Shown: positions 25,121 to 37,814, counted from the stretch's first letter. The stretch is 64,000 nt of DNA from Blepharisma stoltei ATCC 30299 (GCA_965603825.1 CBFDEM010000013.1:868001-932000), one strand, 5' to 3'. The notes: generated from the sequence alone by a model not told the origin. Numbers and translations are program-made.

Positions 25121-25885
25121 ATGGATCCATGGCAACTTAAACTTCTCTGTTTATCTAATCCTCCTCAATCCATTACAGTAGCACCACCTTCTCCACACTT
25201 CCCTTCTTCTGATAACCCTCCTTCTTCACTCCGAGTCCCAGAATATCTTATCGAGCAGACCATAATTTCCGAAAAAATTCAAGAATCCCAATACAATAAA
25301 ATTGGAGGCTACAAACCTTTAGAATTCTTAGAAACAATTGATATTGCAGCCCCAAAAGCAAAAAAAACTCAGCCCAAGCCTTCAAATCCTCTCCCAGTCC
25401 AAAAATTCATTATTGACAATTCTGAGTACGAAAAGTCCTATGATGAGCTCCAAAGATTAAATTCTGAGCTAGCCCAACAAAAGGAAAATGCAGAATATAA
25501 AAAAAAGCTGGATTTATTAGAAAAAACTTTAAATAGAATTGAAAATGTATCAATAAGACTGAATGAAATTTCTGACAAAAAAACACAAGAGAGATTAAGT
25601 GAGCTGGCTTTTGAAAATGAGAAAAGTGACATCAAAGACATTTTGAAAAAAATGAATAAAGAGACTGATAAAGATGAGGAAAGCAGAATAGGGGAATTAT
25701 TGGCAAAAAATAAAGCCATTTATAGCGAAGTTGATACATATTTAGATAGTAGGAAGAGCAAAGTTGTAAATAGGCCGAGCTGTATTCAAGTAAATCCAAT
25801 GCGAGTAGCAAAAATAAGAAGGGTGTCTCAAGTCAAAGTTGTTAAATATCCTCCAATTTCGCGTTTTAAAAGCACAAATTTCTAA
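25121..25885 (+). CDS. hypothetical protein (Pro-rich N-terminus, coiled coil)
   Basis: 254-aa ORF with ATG and TAA. Confidence 0.7.
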   Translation: MDPWQLKLLCLSNPPQSITVAPPSPHFPSSDNPPSSLRVPEYLIEQTIISEKIQESQYNKIGGYKPLEFLETIDIAAPKAKKTQPKPSNPLPVQKFIIDNSEYEKSYDELQRLNSELAQQKENAEYKKKLDLLEKTLNRIENVSIRLNEISDKKTQERLSELAFENEKSDIKDILKKMNKETDKDEESRIGELLAKNKAIYSEVDTYLDSRKSKVVNRPSCIQVNPMRVAKIRRVSQVKVVKYPPISRFKSTNF

Positions 25886-26017
25886 TTATAATGAAATATT
25901 AACGAAAACCTTAATGACTCATTAATTTTTTTTGCAAATTCAATCATTAGAGAAAATTTTTCTTACTGATGACAATAATGAAATAAAGATTTCAAGCTAA
26001 ATAAACTTGAATATAAA

Positions 26018-26830
26018 ATGGAAGAAAGTAACCAACCCAATTCTTCTCAATACGACTCCAAAAAGCTCCTCTACAAATACCAGTTCGCCTTTCTCCTCAT
26101 GCAACGATCATTCAGCTCAATGGGCAAAATAATTTCTACTTGGGAAACCCGCCAGCTTTTCAAATCCATTTCAGTCTGGAAAATCCACTGTTTAGACTCC
26201 CCAAAGCTCGAAAAAGCCCAAATCCAAGCAATTCTTTCTACCATACAGTCTAAGCTTGACAACTTAAATTCAGTCCTATCCTCAAGGGTCAAGCAAAATA
26301 TGCATGCAAATCTGCTTCGGATTTTGAAATGCGCAAAGCTGAAACACGTTCTTGATAAGGCTAAGCAAGAACAAGAAACAATACAGGCAGGACATCAGCA
26401 AGAATTAGACGCAATGACCCAAGAACTCAGCAATCTTCAAGAGAAGCAAAAAGAACTGGAAAGTCTGGTGAAAGATTTCAAAACGAAAGAAAATCAATAT
26501 AAAGACCAAATCAACGATTTAAAAGCAGGCAGAGTTCAAAATGCGGCAGCCATTGAAAGAAGTAGAAAGCTAGCCCAAGAAAAAGAAGAAGAACTGATGG
26601 AAAGAATTGAGGATTTAAGAGAAGAAAACGCACAATTAAGTGAAAAATTAGCTGCAGTCGAAAATAATGTGACTACATTTATCCAAGAAATGGGAACATT
26701 ATTGGAAGCCAGCGAAGAGTCTAATAAAAAGAGAGCTAGTGTAAGTAGTAGCCAAAAGCCTAAAAAGACTGGTAAAACTGGAAAAAGAAGCAGAGGGCCG
26801 ACTATAACTTTGGATTTGGGTAAGTGATAA
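26018..26830 (+). CDS. coiled-coil hypothetical protein
   Basis: 269-aa ORF; terminal TGA is followed immediately by TAA (26828-26830), taken as the stop under UGA=Trp. Confidence 0.75.
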
Positions 26831-26931
26831 ACTAATAATATTTTATTATGTGAAGAAGTAGATTAATATTATTTTTCTCTGATTTCAGCTATTATTATTA
26901 GAATTCTAATAATTTTAGTTGACATAATAAA

Positions 26932-28182
26932 ATGCACAAGGATTTTTTGCTCATATTTACACTTTTAAGCTGACAAATAGTTCTGGGCAAGCTAGCAGAA
27001 AAATTTATTACGATTTCTCCTGAAAGCCAATGAGAATATATCAGTAAATTTACTTGTGATCCAGGTAAAGGATCCTGAGAACTAAAAGCAAAAATCCATA
27101 GGCCTAGTGATCTCTCCAGTACACAATTTTTATCGCTAGAAACCTCTATTTACTTGGATACTAATTGGGACGAAACTTTAAGTTTCCCAGCTTGTAAAGA
27201 CAAATTATCTTCAAGTAAAGGGATAAAAAACGTCAAAATTCCTCTCAATGGAGACTGATCTGAGCTCATTAAAGGAACTTTTTCTCAAACTTCCCCTCAC
27301 GTTTGGTTCTTTGCCCTCTCAAATTGCAATGCAACAATCAATAATTCTCATGAAATCCGTGTAGAAATGCATTTTTTAAATTCTGATAAATCAGAATTCT
27401 CAACAGAAGATAAAGACTTACTGCTACTATATATTGCAATTTTTATAGTTTTTGCATTAACTTTATCAAGAAATATTTATCACCTTATTAAGGTTTTCAA
27501 GCAAACCAGTGAAATTACTCCAAATTTAATGATGCTAAACTCAGCAATTTTAATAGAGTTTTTTGGGTTGGTCTTTGAAGTTGCCCATTTGTTAGTTTAT
27601 TATAGTAATGGAAAAGGGTGGATTATATTTGATTTCTTTTATCATTGCTTGTTTATAGTTTCAGGGCTAGTTGTGAGCTTTTTATTCTTGATAATGGCTG
27701 ATGGCTGAAGCTTGAAATATAAAGATTTCCCAAATTTTGAAGAGCTGATACCGATTTTACTATTGCAGGTGCTGATAAACATCTTATTTGTAGGGTTCAG
27801 CAAAGTTATTGATGATTCCTACTACAAATTTAGCGATTTTGAAGGAATTCCAGGCGCTTTGATGCTTATTTTTAAAATCTGTATTTGGTGCTGGTTTATT
27901 TTTACCATAAAATCACAATTTAATTCTTTGCCCCCAAGAAAAGCCTCCTTTTTAATGAATTTTTCAGTTTTAGTATCTTTTTACCTATTAGGCCTGCCTC
28001 TGCTAGTATCCATTTCCTGGCAATTCAAAAACTACCTGCGAAACCGAATCGTAAAAATCGGCTACAATTTGATACAAATCCTGGTCTATTTTTTACTTAC
28101 ACATTTATTTAGTGACAAGAGCAATTACTATAAGATTTCTACTCTCTCAGAAAGTAGCCTGCCTGGAAAAAGAGCCTACTAA
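26932..28182 (+). CDS. GPR180/TMEM145-like (intimal thickness-related receptor family) multi-pass membrane protein; 5 UGA=Trp
   Basis: ATG 26932; TGA at 26971, 27031, 27076, 27256, 27706; signal peptide, luminal domain with HVWFFALSNC and EFSTED, about 7 TM segments, DG-W motif. Confidence 0.82.
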
Positions 28183-28216
28183 TGTGCTTTTATAAGCTTA
28201 TTAATTTAAATTGAGC

Positions 28217-30247
28217 TTAAATTTCTTCATCAACAGTCACTTCTTGTAAAGCAGATTCTAGCTCTCCAGAAGCTTCAAATCTTGATATATAATTTTTCGG
28301 TGCAAAAGGACAAGCAGCCGTAAATAAATCATGTTCTCTCCCCTGGACATAATCAAAAGCTTCAATCGGCAGCACAAACCACCTTAATTCTTCTTTATCG
28401 TCTGGGATCACAAAAGCATCCTCAGCATAATTGCAGCCTTCATATCTTTTTTCTTTAATTTCTGCCAAAAATCCTCTAGCTATTTCTAAATACTGAGGTA
28501 AATTTTTTTCTTTTGTTAAATCCATTTTTTGGTAATGCATTTTTCCAGACTCATAAGAAATGTCACTGAGCCATTTGCGGATTTTTTTCCTGCCTTCTTT
28601 GGTGAATTCTCTATGCATAAAAGCAGCACGGTCCATCATAAATTGATACTGAGGCAAAAACCATATAGCATTTTCTGCTACAAATTCCAAGGCGTCTAAA
28701 ATGTAATCAATTGTATCTTCGGTCGCAAAATAATTGAAATTTATCCTTACAAAGCCAGGCCGGAATAAGTCAAAACCATCTGCTAAGACTTCCTGAAAAG
28801 ATTTGGCAAGCTCGTATTCGATATTTAATAAATTAAATGCATAAGGCCCAGCACAAGCGCAGCCACCTCTGCATTCAATTCCAAATAAATCGTTCAGCAG
28901 TGCAGCCATAAAGCTGTGGTGGAAAAATCTGTTCCCACATCTGATTAAAAACGAAAAAATTGGTAATCGATTGATTTCACAATTCCCTAGCAGAGCAATA
29001 TTAGGGTTTTGTGACAGCCTTGCCAATATTTTTTTAGCAATTTCAAATTCTCTTGCCTCAATGGTTTCTACACCTACAGCTTCTTTAAGCTGGAATACAA
29101 GGCCAGCTCTGATGGCTCCAATTATATCAGGAGTCCCTCCTTCTTCTCTTGCTTCTGGGTCTAATACATAAGTATGGTCTCTTTCTGTGACATAAAATAC
29201 AGTCCCACCACCAGGCGAAACTGGGATATCATTTCCAAGTAAACGCTTTTTTACTACCAGCATCCCAGGGGTTCCTGGACCTCCTGGGAATTTGTGAGGG
29301 GAAATAAAAATCGCGTCTAGAGGACTCATAGGCGGATTCATGTTAATTTTCACATATGGGGCTGCGGCTGCATAGTCAAAAAAGGCAAGGGCGTTGTACT
29401 TGTGGAGCAGGGTCGCAATGGCTTCTACATCACTCACGATCCCTGTCACATTAGAAGCTGCAGAAAAAGAGCCGAGCTTGCAAGGAAAAGCTTGATATTT
29501 AATAAGCTCATTTTCTAGAAATTCTAAGTCAATTTTCCCTTGTTTGCATTCAGGGATTTGTATTACTTCAGCCCCAGCCTCTCTCCATGGTAAAATATTC
29601 GAGTGGTGCTCAAACACAGAAATAAATACAATTGGCTTGGATGGGTCTGGAGGGATATGTTTTGCTCTTTTTGCCAAATTTCCCTGGTGTATTTCTGAAG
29701 AAGTATGTTCCAGAAAATTTCCCTGGGTTTTAAAGTACATTTCACATAGAGTGCACTCATAAATCCCAAGGTGATTTTCTTTGAAATAGCAATGTTTGTG
29801 GCCCCATTCAGTCTTTTTAAGGACTTCTACCAGTTTATTGATAGAAGATGTGGACCCGCTGCCACAGAAAATTACGACGTCTTCATCACTGGCGCCGACA
29901 CATCGGGATATGATTGATCTGGCTTCACTTCGGAAAAAGGTGGTCTGAAGGCCTACCCAAGATGTGGAGGTATGGGTATTGGCGTAGTTTGGCATTATTA
30001 CGTCTCTTATATAGTCCTCGATAAAGGTAAGAGGCCTTCCTGAGGCTGTGTAATCGGCATAAATTAGAGGACGCTGTCCGAAAGGTGTAGTAAACATATA
30101 GCGATCGCCTATTACAGAGTCGCAGATAGTGTTTAGAAGAGCTGTATTCATGGTAGGGTGGGAATTGGAGGTTTTTGATTCTTCTTGTGGCTGAGTTTCT
30201 GAGGATGTTTTGTGTTGAGGATTTATTTGATTTGGAGCCACAGACAT
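28217..30247 (-). CDS. PLP-dependent aminotransferase class V (cysteine desulfurase-like) with internal C2H2 zinc finger
   Basis: YADYTASG, EHHSNILPW, DYAAAAPY, SPHKFPGGPG (PLP Lys), GGTPDI, RGGCACAG. Confidence 0.9.
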   Translation of the reverse strand: MSVAPNQINPQHKTSSETQPQEESKTSNSHPTMNTALLNTICDSVIGDRYMFTTPFGQRPLIYADYTASGRPLTFIEDYIRDVIMPNYANTHTSTSWVGLQTTFFRSEARSIISRCVGASDEDVVIFCGSGSTSSINKLVEVLKKTEWGHKHCYFKENHLGIYECTLCEMYFKTQGNFLEHTSSEIHQGNLAKRAKHIPPDPSKPIVFISVFEHHSNILPWREAGAEVIQIPECKQGKIDLEFLENELIKYQAFPCKLGSFSAASNVTGIVSDVEAIATLLHKYNALAFFDYAAAAPYVKINMNPPMSPLDAIFISPHKFPGGPGTPGMLVVKKRLLGNDIPVSPGGGTVFYVTERDHTYVLDPEAREEGGTPDIIGAIRAGLVFQLKEAVGVETIEAREFEIAKKILARLSQNPNIALLGNCEINRLPIFSFLIRCGNRFFHHSFMAALLNDLFGIECRGGCACAGPYAFNLLNIEYELAKSFQEVLADGFDLFRPGFVRINFNYFATEDTIDYILDALEFVAENAIWFLPQYQFMMDRAAFMHREFTKEGRKKIRKWLSDISYESGKMHYQKMDLTKEKNLPQYLEIARGFLAEIKEKRYEGCNYAEDAFVIPDDKEELRWFVLPIEAFDYVQGREHDLFTAACPFAPKNYISRFEASGELESALQEVTVDEEI

Positions 30248-31763
30248 TATTGTAATAAAATAAATTTGAATAATTTCATTGAAAGTGCAAGGGATTTTTA
30301 TATAGCTCGCAATTAGGCTTATTTATTTTTATTTTCAATTAAGAGCTTGAAAAGGCTAATTCTAGTGTCAGAATTATTTATTAAAATTTATTAAAATTAT
30401 ATTCTAGTAAAATTCCAAAGGATAGGAAATTTGAGGTTAAAGAATAAAGGAGAACGATTTTTAGTGCATTTAAATAATTGAATGCTTAAAATATATTTTA
30501 ATTTTTTTAACCAAATATTCAGTAATAAAAACAGTAGCATATAAAGCCATTTTGAAAACATATTTATCAAGCTAGGGGTTTTCATTTTAATACAGAAATA
30601 TATTAAAAAGACATTCACGAATTTATTTTTTTAGCGCAAGTCGGAGTAATTTTATTTTTGCAGCTTACTGTATTTGGCAGACTTTTTTTATTGAGCCGTA
30701 AACCAGCTCTCCAGTTGGACTATGATTTTAGAGCTTGGAGGCTATATGCTCTTAAATATTATCCAATTAATCTTATAAAGTTTCTGAAATACCTCTCCCC
30801 TTCTTATGACTTTCGACAATTATGGCTTTGATGATCTGCTAAATATAGTCTTTTTAAATCTCAGAAGGAAATCTAAACTTGCTTTAAAGGTCAAAATTAT
30901 TTCAAGATCCATCAACTCCCTGATGACGCCATCCTTAATTACGTAGCATTGATAGAATTAAAATCAATAACTTTAGGTCTTTTGAGATAGAAACAATAGT
31001 TTGAAAGGAAGCTAAGCTTATATGCATTGACCCCATGATTTTCATTGAGGCAATAATTTTTTCTGTCTTATAATTTTCTAAAAAATTATAAATCTCATAA
31101 ACTAGTAAGTAAGATAGAGGATATCTCGCAAAAAATCTTGCCATATAATTCAGATTCAGATATTTCAGACATTGATTTTTAATTTAAGACAAAAATGATG
31201 ACGTAAAATTTGCCTAAAATAAATGGCATAATTATAGTAAAATATCAATTGGATTGCAATATAATTTTCTTCTTTCCTAATTATATTACAATTAAAATCA
31301 TTGTTAAGCAAACATGCTATCCTAGCTAAGCAATAAATATTAAAATATTCAACTCACGAGCGTTAGATAAAAAATAAAAAATTATCTTAATTAGTTAAAA
31401 AATAATTAAAATATGAGAAGTTTTTAATAAAACTATAATTATAAGAAAATCTAACCACAGATTCAGTATGAAATCACATCCATGATAACTTAGGAACAAA
31501 AGTATTATCGAATTCAAAATTGCGATTTTCTTGCACTATTTCAAAGCCATAAAAATTCGCTAAATTATTTTAAGGAGATCCCAAAATTAAGTATAAATTT
31601 AAGCATCCAAATCATTGTTTTAGAAAAATAGGCAAGCAGTGTAATCATAGTTAACAATATAAAATATTAAGCTAAACACTTTCAAGTTAAATGCTTGTTT
31701 CACCATTTTACCATATTCCCGACCTATATTTATTGCCATTAAATTTAAGGAAAGCTATTAAGC

Positions 31764-32123
31764 TTAAGGGAATCCAATAACTGATTCGTGATAAGGAACC
31801 ATGTTGCAAGACAGCTTATGGTAGACTAAGTTGTCTTGCTCGAAGTTATGATGTTCGACTTCAAATTCCCACCCCCACTTCATAACTCTCATGACTTGGT
31901 AGCCACATAAGAAAAATAAACCAAATAATCCAAGCCTAAAAAATGTAATGTGGCTAAATATCACCTTTTCACCATTTCTTTCAAAGGATCCGCATGGGCG
32001 GATCAGGTGTCTGTTGTTTGGAAGTTCATTTCTTGGGATCAGACCAGGAATTTCCAATGGAACACGTCGTCTAACAGCTTCTCTTTCCCAAGTCATAAGC
32101 TGAGTCCATGTAAATTTTGACAT
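31764..32123 (-). CDS. small single-TM protein, possibly mitochondrial inner-membrane
   Basis: 119-aa ORF, GC-richer than its flanks, one hydrophobic segment (FFRLGLFGLFFLCGY). Confidence 0.65.
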   Translation of the reverse strand: MSKFTWTQLMTWEREAVRRRVPLEIPGLIPRNELPNNRHLIRPCGSFERNGEKVIFSHITFFRLGLFGLFFLCGYQVMRVMKWGWEFEVEHHNFEQDNLVYHKLSCNMVPYHESVIGFP

Positions 32124-32892
32124 TTTCTAATATTACAGGGAATTTCACCATTTTCAAAAAACATACCTGTCGAGCTGTTTAAAAAGCCATTTTTTTGCCA
32201 TTAAATATTTTATTCTTAAAATGAATCTCTCCACACAGCTTCTTTGTTACCTTTGAGTATCTTAAACTAATTCATTGAGAAGCATTTAGGTATTTTTATT
32301 TTTAAGCAGTTGAATCAAGTATAAAAAGCTGAAAAACCAGAATAATTTAAAAATTAAGATTATAATAAATAATTCTTATAGTGAAATCAAAACAAAAAAG
32401 TAAGGCTTTAATATATCAATATTTTAAGCATAAAATAATTTATAAAAGATAGCATCATTTGGTTTAATTAAAAGATGCTGGCTATTTTAGCTATTAGTAG
32501 ATTATAAGTCGAAATACTTATACCGCAAGAAGTTTTTTTATTATTAGGTAATTGGTTTACCATAAATTTGTGATATAGCATGCTAAAATAACGCAGGGCT
32601 AAAATAATCAAAGAACAAACTTTTAATTCAGCGAGTATGATAGAATTCACAAGAAAAATTCTTTAAAAATCATCCTTAAAAATTATAATAAATTGCATTT
32701 TTACCTTAGCATTATTTATATAATTTACTGATTTTAAAGAAAAATAAACCTCTGATTTTTAAGCTAAAATTTTTCAGTATACAATTATAGGGGCTTTAGC
32801 TTTTTCTACCATTAGAAGATTTGAAGTTGATTTTAGCTCAATTTTTCAGTAGCTATAACAAAACTATATGAAACCCTTATTATCTAAATAAA

Positions 32893-33567
32893 CTAATTTA
32901 TGATCTTATTAGTAAATTTGCTTGATGAGCGTCATACAGATGATAAAGTGCTCTCTGCTAAGGTCTTGAGATGTTTTAATTGTTTATTTTTCAAATCAAA
33001 CTGTATAAGTCTGTAATCATTAGTTATAAAGTAAAAGCTTTCTTCATATAGCAAAGAATCTAAAATATTAAAGAATTTTTTAATCCCTTTTTTCAGTTGA
33101 ACATTGTTAATCTTAACTATATCTTCTTGATATTTTATTTTTGCAGCTTTTTCAGGAGACAAATTTAAGAGTGATTCAATGAAGCTACTGCTGTTGAACT
33201 GATTGATTTTATCTAAGGTGGCACATAAATATATATATTCATTTAATCTTTTTTCTATAAATAAAATCTTTTCTAATGATTTTTCAACTTTTTCTTCTAT
33301 TTGCATTACTAGTATTGATGCTTCTTGGAGTAACGTTAGTCGATCTTGCTTTATTTTCTGCTTTAAGCCTTTTAAAAATTCAGAAATTATTTTTCTGGTT
33401 TGAGGATCAGGATTTTTCATGATTGGAGTGAAATGGTGGCTTCCAGGTGTTTCTCCATGCTCTCCAAGGTGGCTTTGGCATAAAAACACAGATTTATTAT
33501 CAGAACAATCACATAGATAAATTGGTTTGTTTGAGCAATTTATTGAGCAAGTAATCAACTCATCCAT
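32893..33567 (-). CDS. family A (ZnF-coiled coil-Kelch-like) copy A0 with in-frame deletion of most of the propeller
   Basis: MDELITCSINC...HHF N-terminus fused at ~33060 to SLLYEESFYFIT...KHLKTL, then a novel tail through TGA 32932 to TAG 32893. Confidence 0.6.
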
Positions 33568-34388
33568 AATTGTATTCCTTCTACAAAAATTCCATAAATT
33601 TAAAGGAATTTGATAAGACACACTATTAAAATTCAATTTAAAAATATAATGATATCAGCTAGAAGCCTCATTTTAGAAATTAATTCTATTTAGTCTTGGG
33701 TAATTTTTTTAAAATCTTTTATTCAATATTGGAAATAAATATATTGTGGAGCAAGGATTAGCTCAATTATTTATTAGTTTTTGGCACAATTTATTCATAG
33801 ACTTATTTTTTGAGTAAAATATAAGATTCATGTCTGTATTAAATAAATAATTTATATCTTGAGGCAATGAATTAACAGAGAACAAATTAACAATATTTTG
33901 TAGTCTTTATTTTAAATAATCAAAACAAATTTATCTCTAATCTACTACCAAGACAGATCTTTGACTTGCCCAGCGTGTCTTATCTTGAAATTTTGCATTA
34001 GATAATAATAATTTTAAGCTGCACTGATTATTAATTTACCTAAACTTAATTTCAGCTTAAAATTTATAAAAATCTCGATGAATAATAAATTCAGCTGATA
34101 TTGCTCAGTATACTGAAAATAATGTTCATAGGAAAAGCTTTTTCAGTGTCGCTGTAATCAGAAGACAAGAATGCTCTTCCAGACCTGAAAGAAATCAACT
34201 ATTAGCATAAGTGCATAATACCTGCAAGCTCCATTCTTTTCTTTACTTGGCTTTATTTTAACATAAGATTTAATTCTAAAATGCTAGAAGATGAATCCGC
34301 CAGCATTTACCTTATTTTTTCTATTTGTATCAAAATTAAATTCCTATTTAAGATTATGAATCTTTAATTTAAAAAAATTAAAGTTAAA

Positions 34389-35669
34389 TTATAAGGTCTT
34401 GAGATGTTTTAATTGTTTATTTTTCAAATCAAATTCAATGAGTCTGTAGTCACAAGTTATGAAGTAAAAGCTATCTTTATATAGCAATGAATAAGAATGG
34501 CGAGGATAACCTTCTCCAAATATGTTAGAAGTCCCAAATTGTGTTCATGTATTGATATCGTTTAAGCTACTTTCATAGCAGGATCTATTGTACTGAATTA
34601 TATAAGCTTTGTTTTTGGTTGCTAAAATAGTCTTTCCTGTGCTAGTATTTAATGTAATTGGAACATTTGTATATGAATTATTTGAAATATTGTGTCCGTA
34701 TAGATATTGAGATTCATAACCTACAATTAATATCACACCATTAATAAAAGCACAAGAAATAAATCTGTTGCCTGATACTGGATACTGAGCAATTGCATTT
34801 CAATTGTTTGATACAAGCGAAAATTTAAAAGAAGCGTTTCCATACCCTCCAAACATGTAAACAAAATCATCAACTGCAATAAGTCCAGAATAGTTACTGT
34901 ACCGAGAAGAATCCAAAGGAATTATTAAGTTTTTTGGGGTTATAATAAAAGTTTCTGAATCGAAGCAACAAAACACAAAGCCATCATTTAGCAAGCAAGT
35001 TGGATCTCATCCTTTTCAGTTTTTATTTATGTTTTGAGAAATTGAGGTTTGCGACACAACATCAACGGCAAATAGAACTCTGTCTCTAAAATATTTTATG
35101 ATTGGTTCTACTTTTATAGGCCCTAAGCCTTCAAAGTTGTCAATATCAAATAAAAGTTTTGCTTCTTTAACAGAAAATAGACTTTCTATTTTTTCTTTTA
35201 TACCAGAGTTGTTAATCATCATTATATCTTCTTGCAATTTTATTTTTACTGCATCTTCAGGAGATAATTTTAATGCTGATTCAATGAAGCTCTTGCTGTT
35301 TAGATTATTGACTTCTTCCAAGGTATCGCATAAACGTATATACTCGTCTAATCTTTTTTCTATACTTAAAAGCTTTCTTAATGATTTCTCAGTTGATTCC
35401 TTTACTTGTTTTATTAGCAAGGATGATTCTTGAATTATTTTTGACCGATCTTGCTTTACTTGAAGCTTTAAGTTTTTCAAAAATTTATAAATAGTGATTT
35501 TGGTTTGTAGGTCTGGATTTATCATGATTCGAGTGAAATGATGATTCCCAGCTGATTCTCCATGCGTTCCAAGATGATTATAGCATATAAAGATTTTTTT
35601 ATCTGCGCAATCGCATACATAAATTGGCTTATTTTGACAACCTATTGAACAAGTCACAAGCTCATCCAT
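34389..35669 (-). CDS. family A copy A1: B-box-like Zn finger, coiled coil and Kelch-like propeller (426 aa, 4 UGA=Trp)
   Basis: 1281-nt frame via TGA at 35016, 35007, 34800, 34545; CxxxC-x6-CxC-x6-CxxH-x3-H-x6-HH; FVYMFGG Kelch motif. Confidence 0.85.
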
Positions 35670-36533
35670 TATTTATCAAACTCTACAAATATATATTTTT
35701 AACTGGGCTTATTCTGAATAATAATTAATGAATCGACTGATTTAAATGAGAAATTAGAATTTATTTAACTAATGCGTAATAGGTAAACAATTATTAAATG
35801 GAATTAATTGGAAAAGACATTAAATTCTCTTGCCTTGTCAGTAATAAAACTAGCAAAATCAGAGATGCAACACCCGCAAGCTCTTTTTCAACTTTTTAGA
35901 TTATTTTTGTATTAATTATTCAATTCTAACCACTTATTAAGAAAAAGTGGAACTGTAAAGAGATACGTTTGTTCAAATATTGATAATATGTTTTCCAGGC
36001 TTTTTATTGAAACCAGACAAAATGGAAGCTGTGGAACATGATTGCTTGCTTTTCTGTATTATTTGCTTTAGTCGTCGCAGAGGAATGAATATATGGCTTG
36101 CTGCTCTTAGCCAATTCACGAAGATTATTGCAGAAACTCACTTTCTATCTGTCCCCATTCCAGAAAATCTGGATTCCATTTGTAAGATTTCCTTTCGAGC
36201 CAACCAGAGCATTTGCACAAAGTAATGAGTTTTTATCTTTAACAATACTTGGGAGTAATTAAAAGTATATTAGTCATATTGGTGAAATCAATGTTCTCAA
36301 GATCGTAGAGTTTATTAATAGCAGCATGATCAGAAAGACTAAAATGATCTTCCAGACCTAAAAGAACTCCATCTATTAGTATAAGCACATAATACCTGCA
36401 AGTCCTTTCTTTTATTTGGCTTTATTTTAATATCAATATTTATTTCTAAAATGTTAGTAGATGAATTCTTTAATTTTTTAACTTATTTTTTATCTTTGTA
36501 TAAATTAAATTCCTTCTTAAGATTATATTAAAT

Positions 36534-37814
36534 TTATAAGGTCTTGAGATGCTTTAATTGTTTATTTTTCAAATCAAATTCAATGAGTCTGTAGTCACAA
36601 GTTATGAAGTAAAAGCTATCTTTATATAGCAATGAATAAGAATGGCGAGGCCAACCTTCTCCAAATATGTTAGAAGTCCCAAATTGTGTTCATGTATTGA
36701 TATCGTTTAAGCCACTTTCATAGCAGGATCTATTAAAGTCAATTATATAAGCTTTGTCTTTGGTTGCTAAAATAGTCTTTCCTGTGCTACTATTTAATGT
36801 AATTGGAACATTTGTATATGAATTATTTGAAATATTGTATCCGTATAGATATGGAGATTCATAACCTCCAATTAATATCACACTATTAATAAAAGCACAA
36901 GAAATAATTCTGTTGCCTGATACTGGATACTGAGCAATTGCATTTCAATTTTTTGATACAAGCGAAAATTTAAATGAAGCGTTTCCTACTCCTCCAAACA
37001 TGTAAACAAAATCATCAATTGCAATAAGTCCAGAACAGTTACTGTATCGAGAAGAATCCAAAGGAATTATTAAGTTTTTTGGGGTTATAATAAAAGTTTC
37101 TGAATCAAAGCAACAAAACACAGAGCCATCATTTAGCAAGCAAGTTGGATCCCATCCTTTTCAGTTCTTATTTATATTTTGTGAAATTGAGTTTTGTGAC
37201 ACAACATCAACAGCAAATAGATCTCTGATTTTAAAATATTTTATTATTGACTCTACTTTTATAGGCCTCAAGACTTCAAAGTTGTCAATATCAAATAAAA
37301 GTTTTGCTTCTTTAACAGAAAATAGATTTTCTATTTTTTCTTTTATACCAGAGTTGTTAATCTTTATTATATCTTCTTGCAATTTTATTTTTACTGCATC
37401 TTCAAGAGATAATTTTAATGCTGATTCAATGAAGCTCTTGCTGTTTAGATTGTTGATTTCTTCCAAGGTATCGCATAAACGTATATACTCGTCTAATCTT
37501 TTTTCTATACTTAAAAGCTTTCTTAATGATTTCTCAGTTGATTCCTTTACTTGCTTTATTAGCAAGGATGATTCTTGAATTATTTTTGACCGATCTTGCT
37601 TTACTTGAAGCTTTAAGTTTTTCAAAAATTTATAAATAGTGATTTTGGTTTGTAGGTCTGGATTTATCATGATTCGAGTGAAATGATGATTCCCAGCTGA
37701 TTCTACATGCGTTCCAAGATGATTATAGCATATAAAGATTTTTTTATCTGAGCAATCGCATACATAAATTGGCTTATTTTGACAACCTATTGAACAAGTC
37801 ACAAGCTCATCCAT
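36534..37814 (-). CDS. family A copy A2 (426 aa, 3 UGA=Trp)
   Basis: 1281-nt frame via TGA at 37161, 36945, 36690; near-identical to A1. Confidence 0.85.

Noticed and set aside
30397-31144. Short ORFs in the AT-rich gap after the aminotransferase
   Set aside because: Low complexity, no motifs, no coherent gene even with UGA=Trp.
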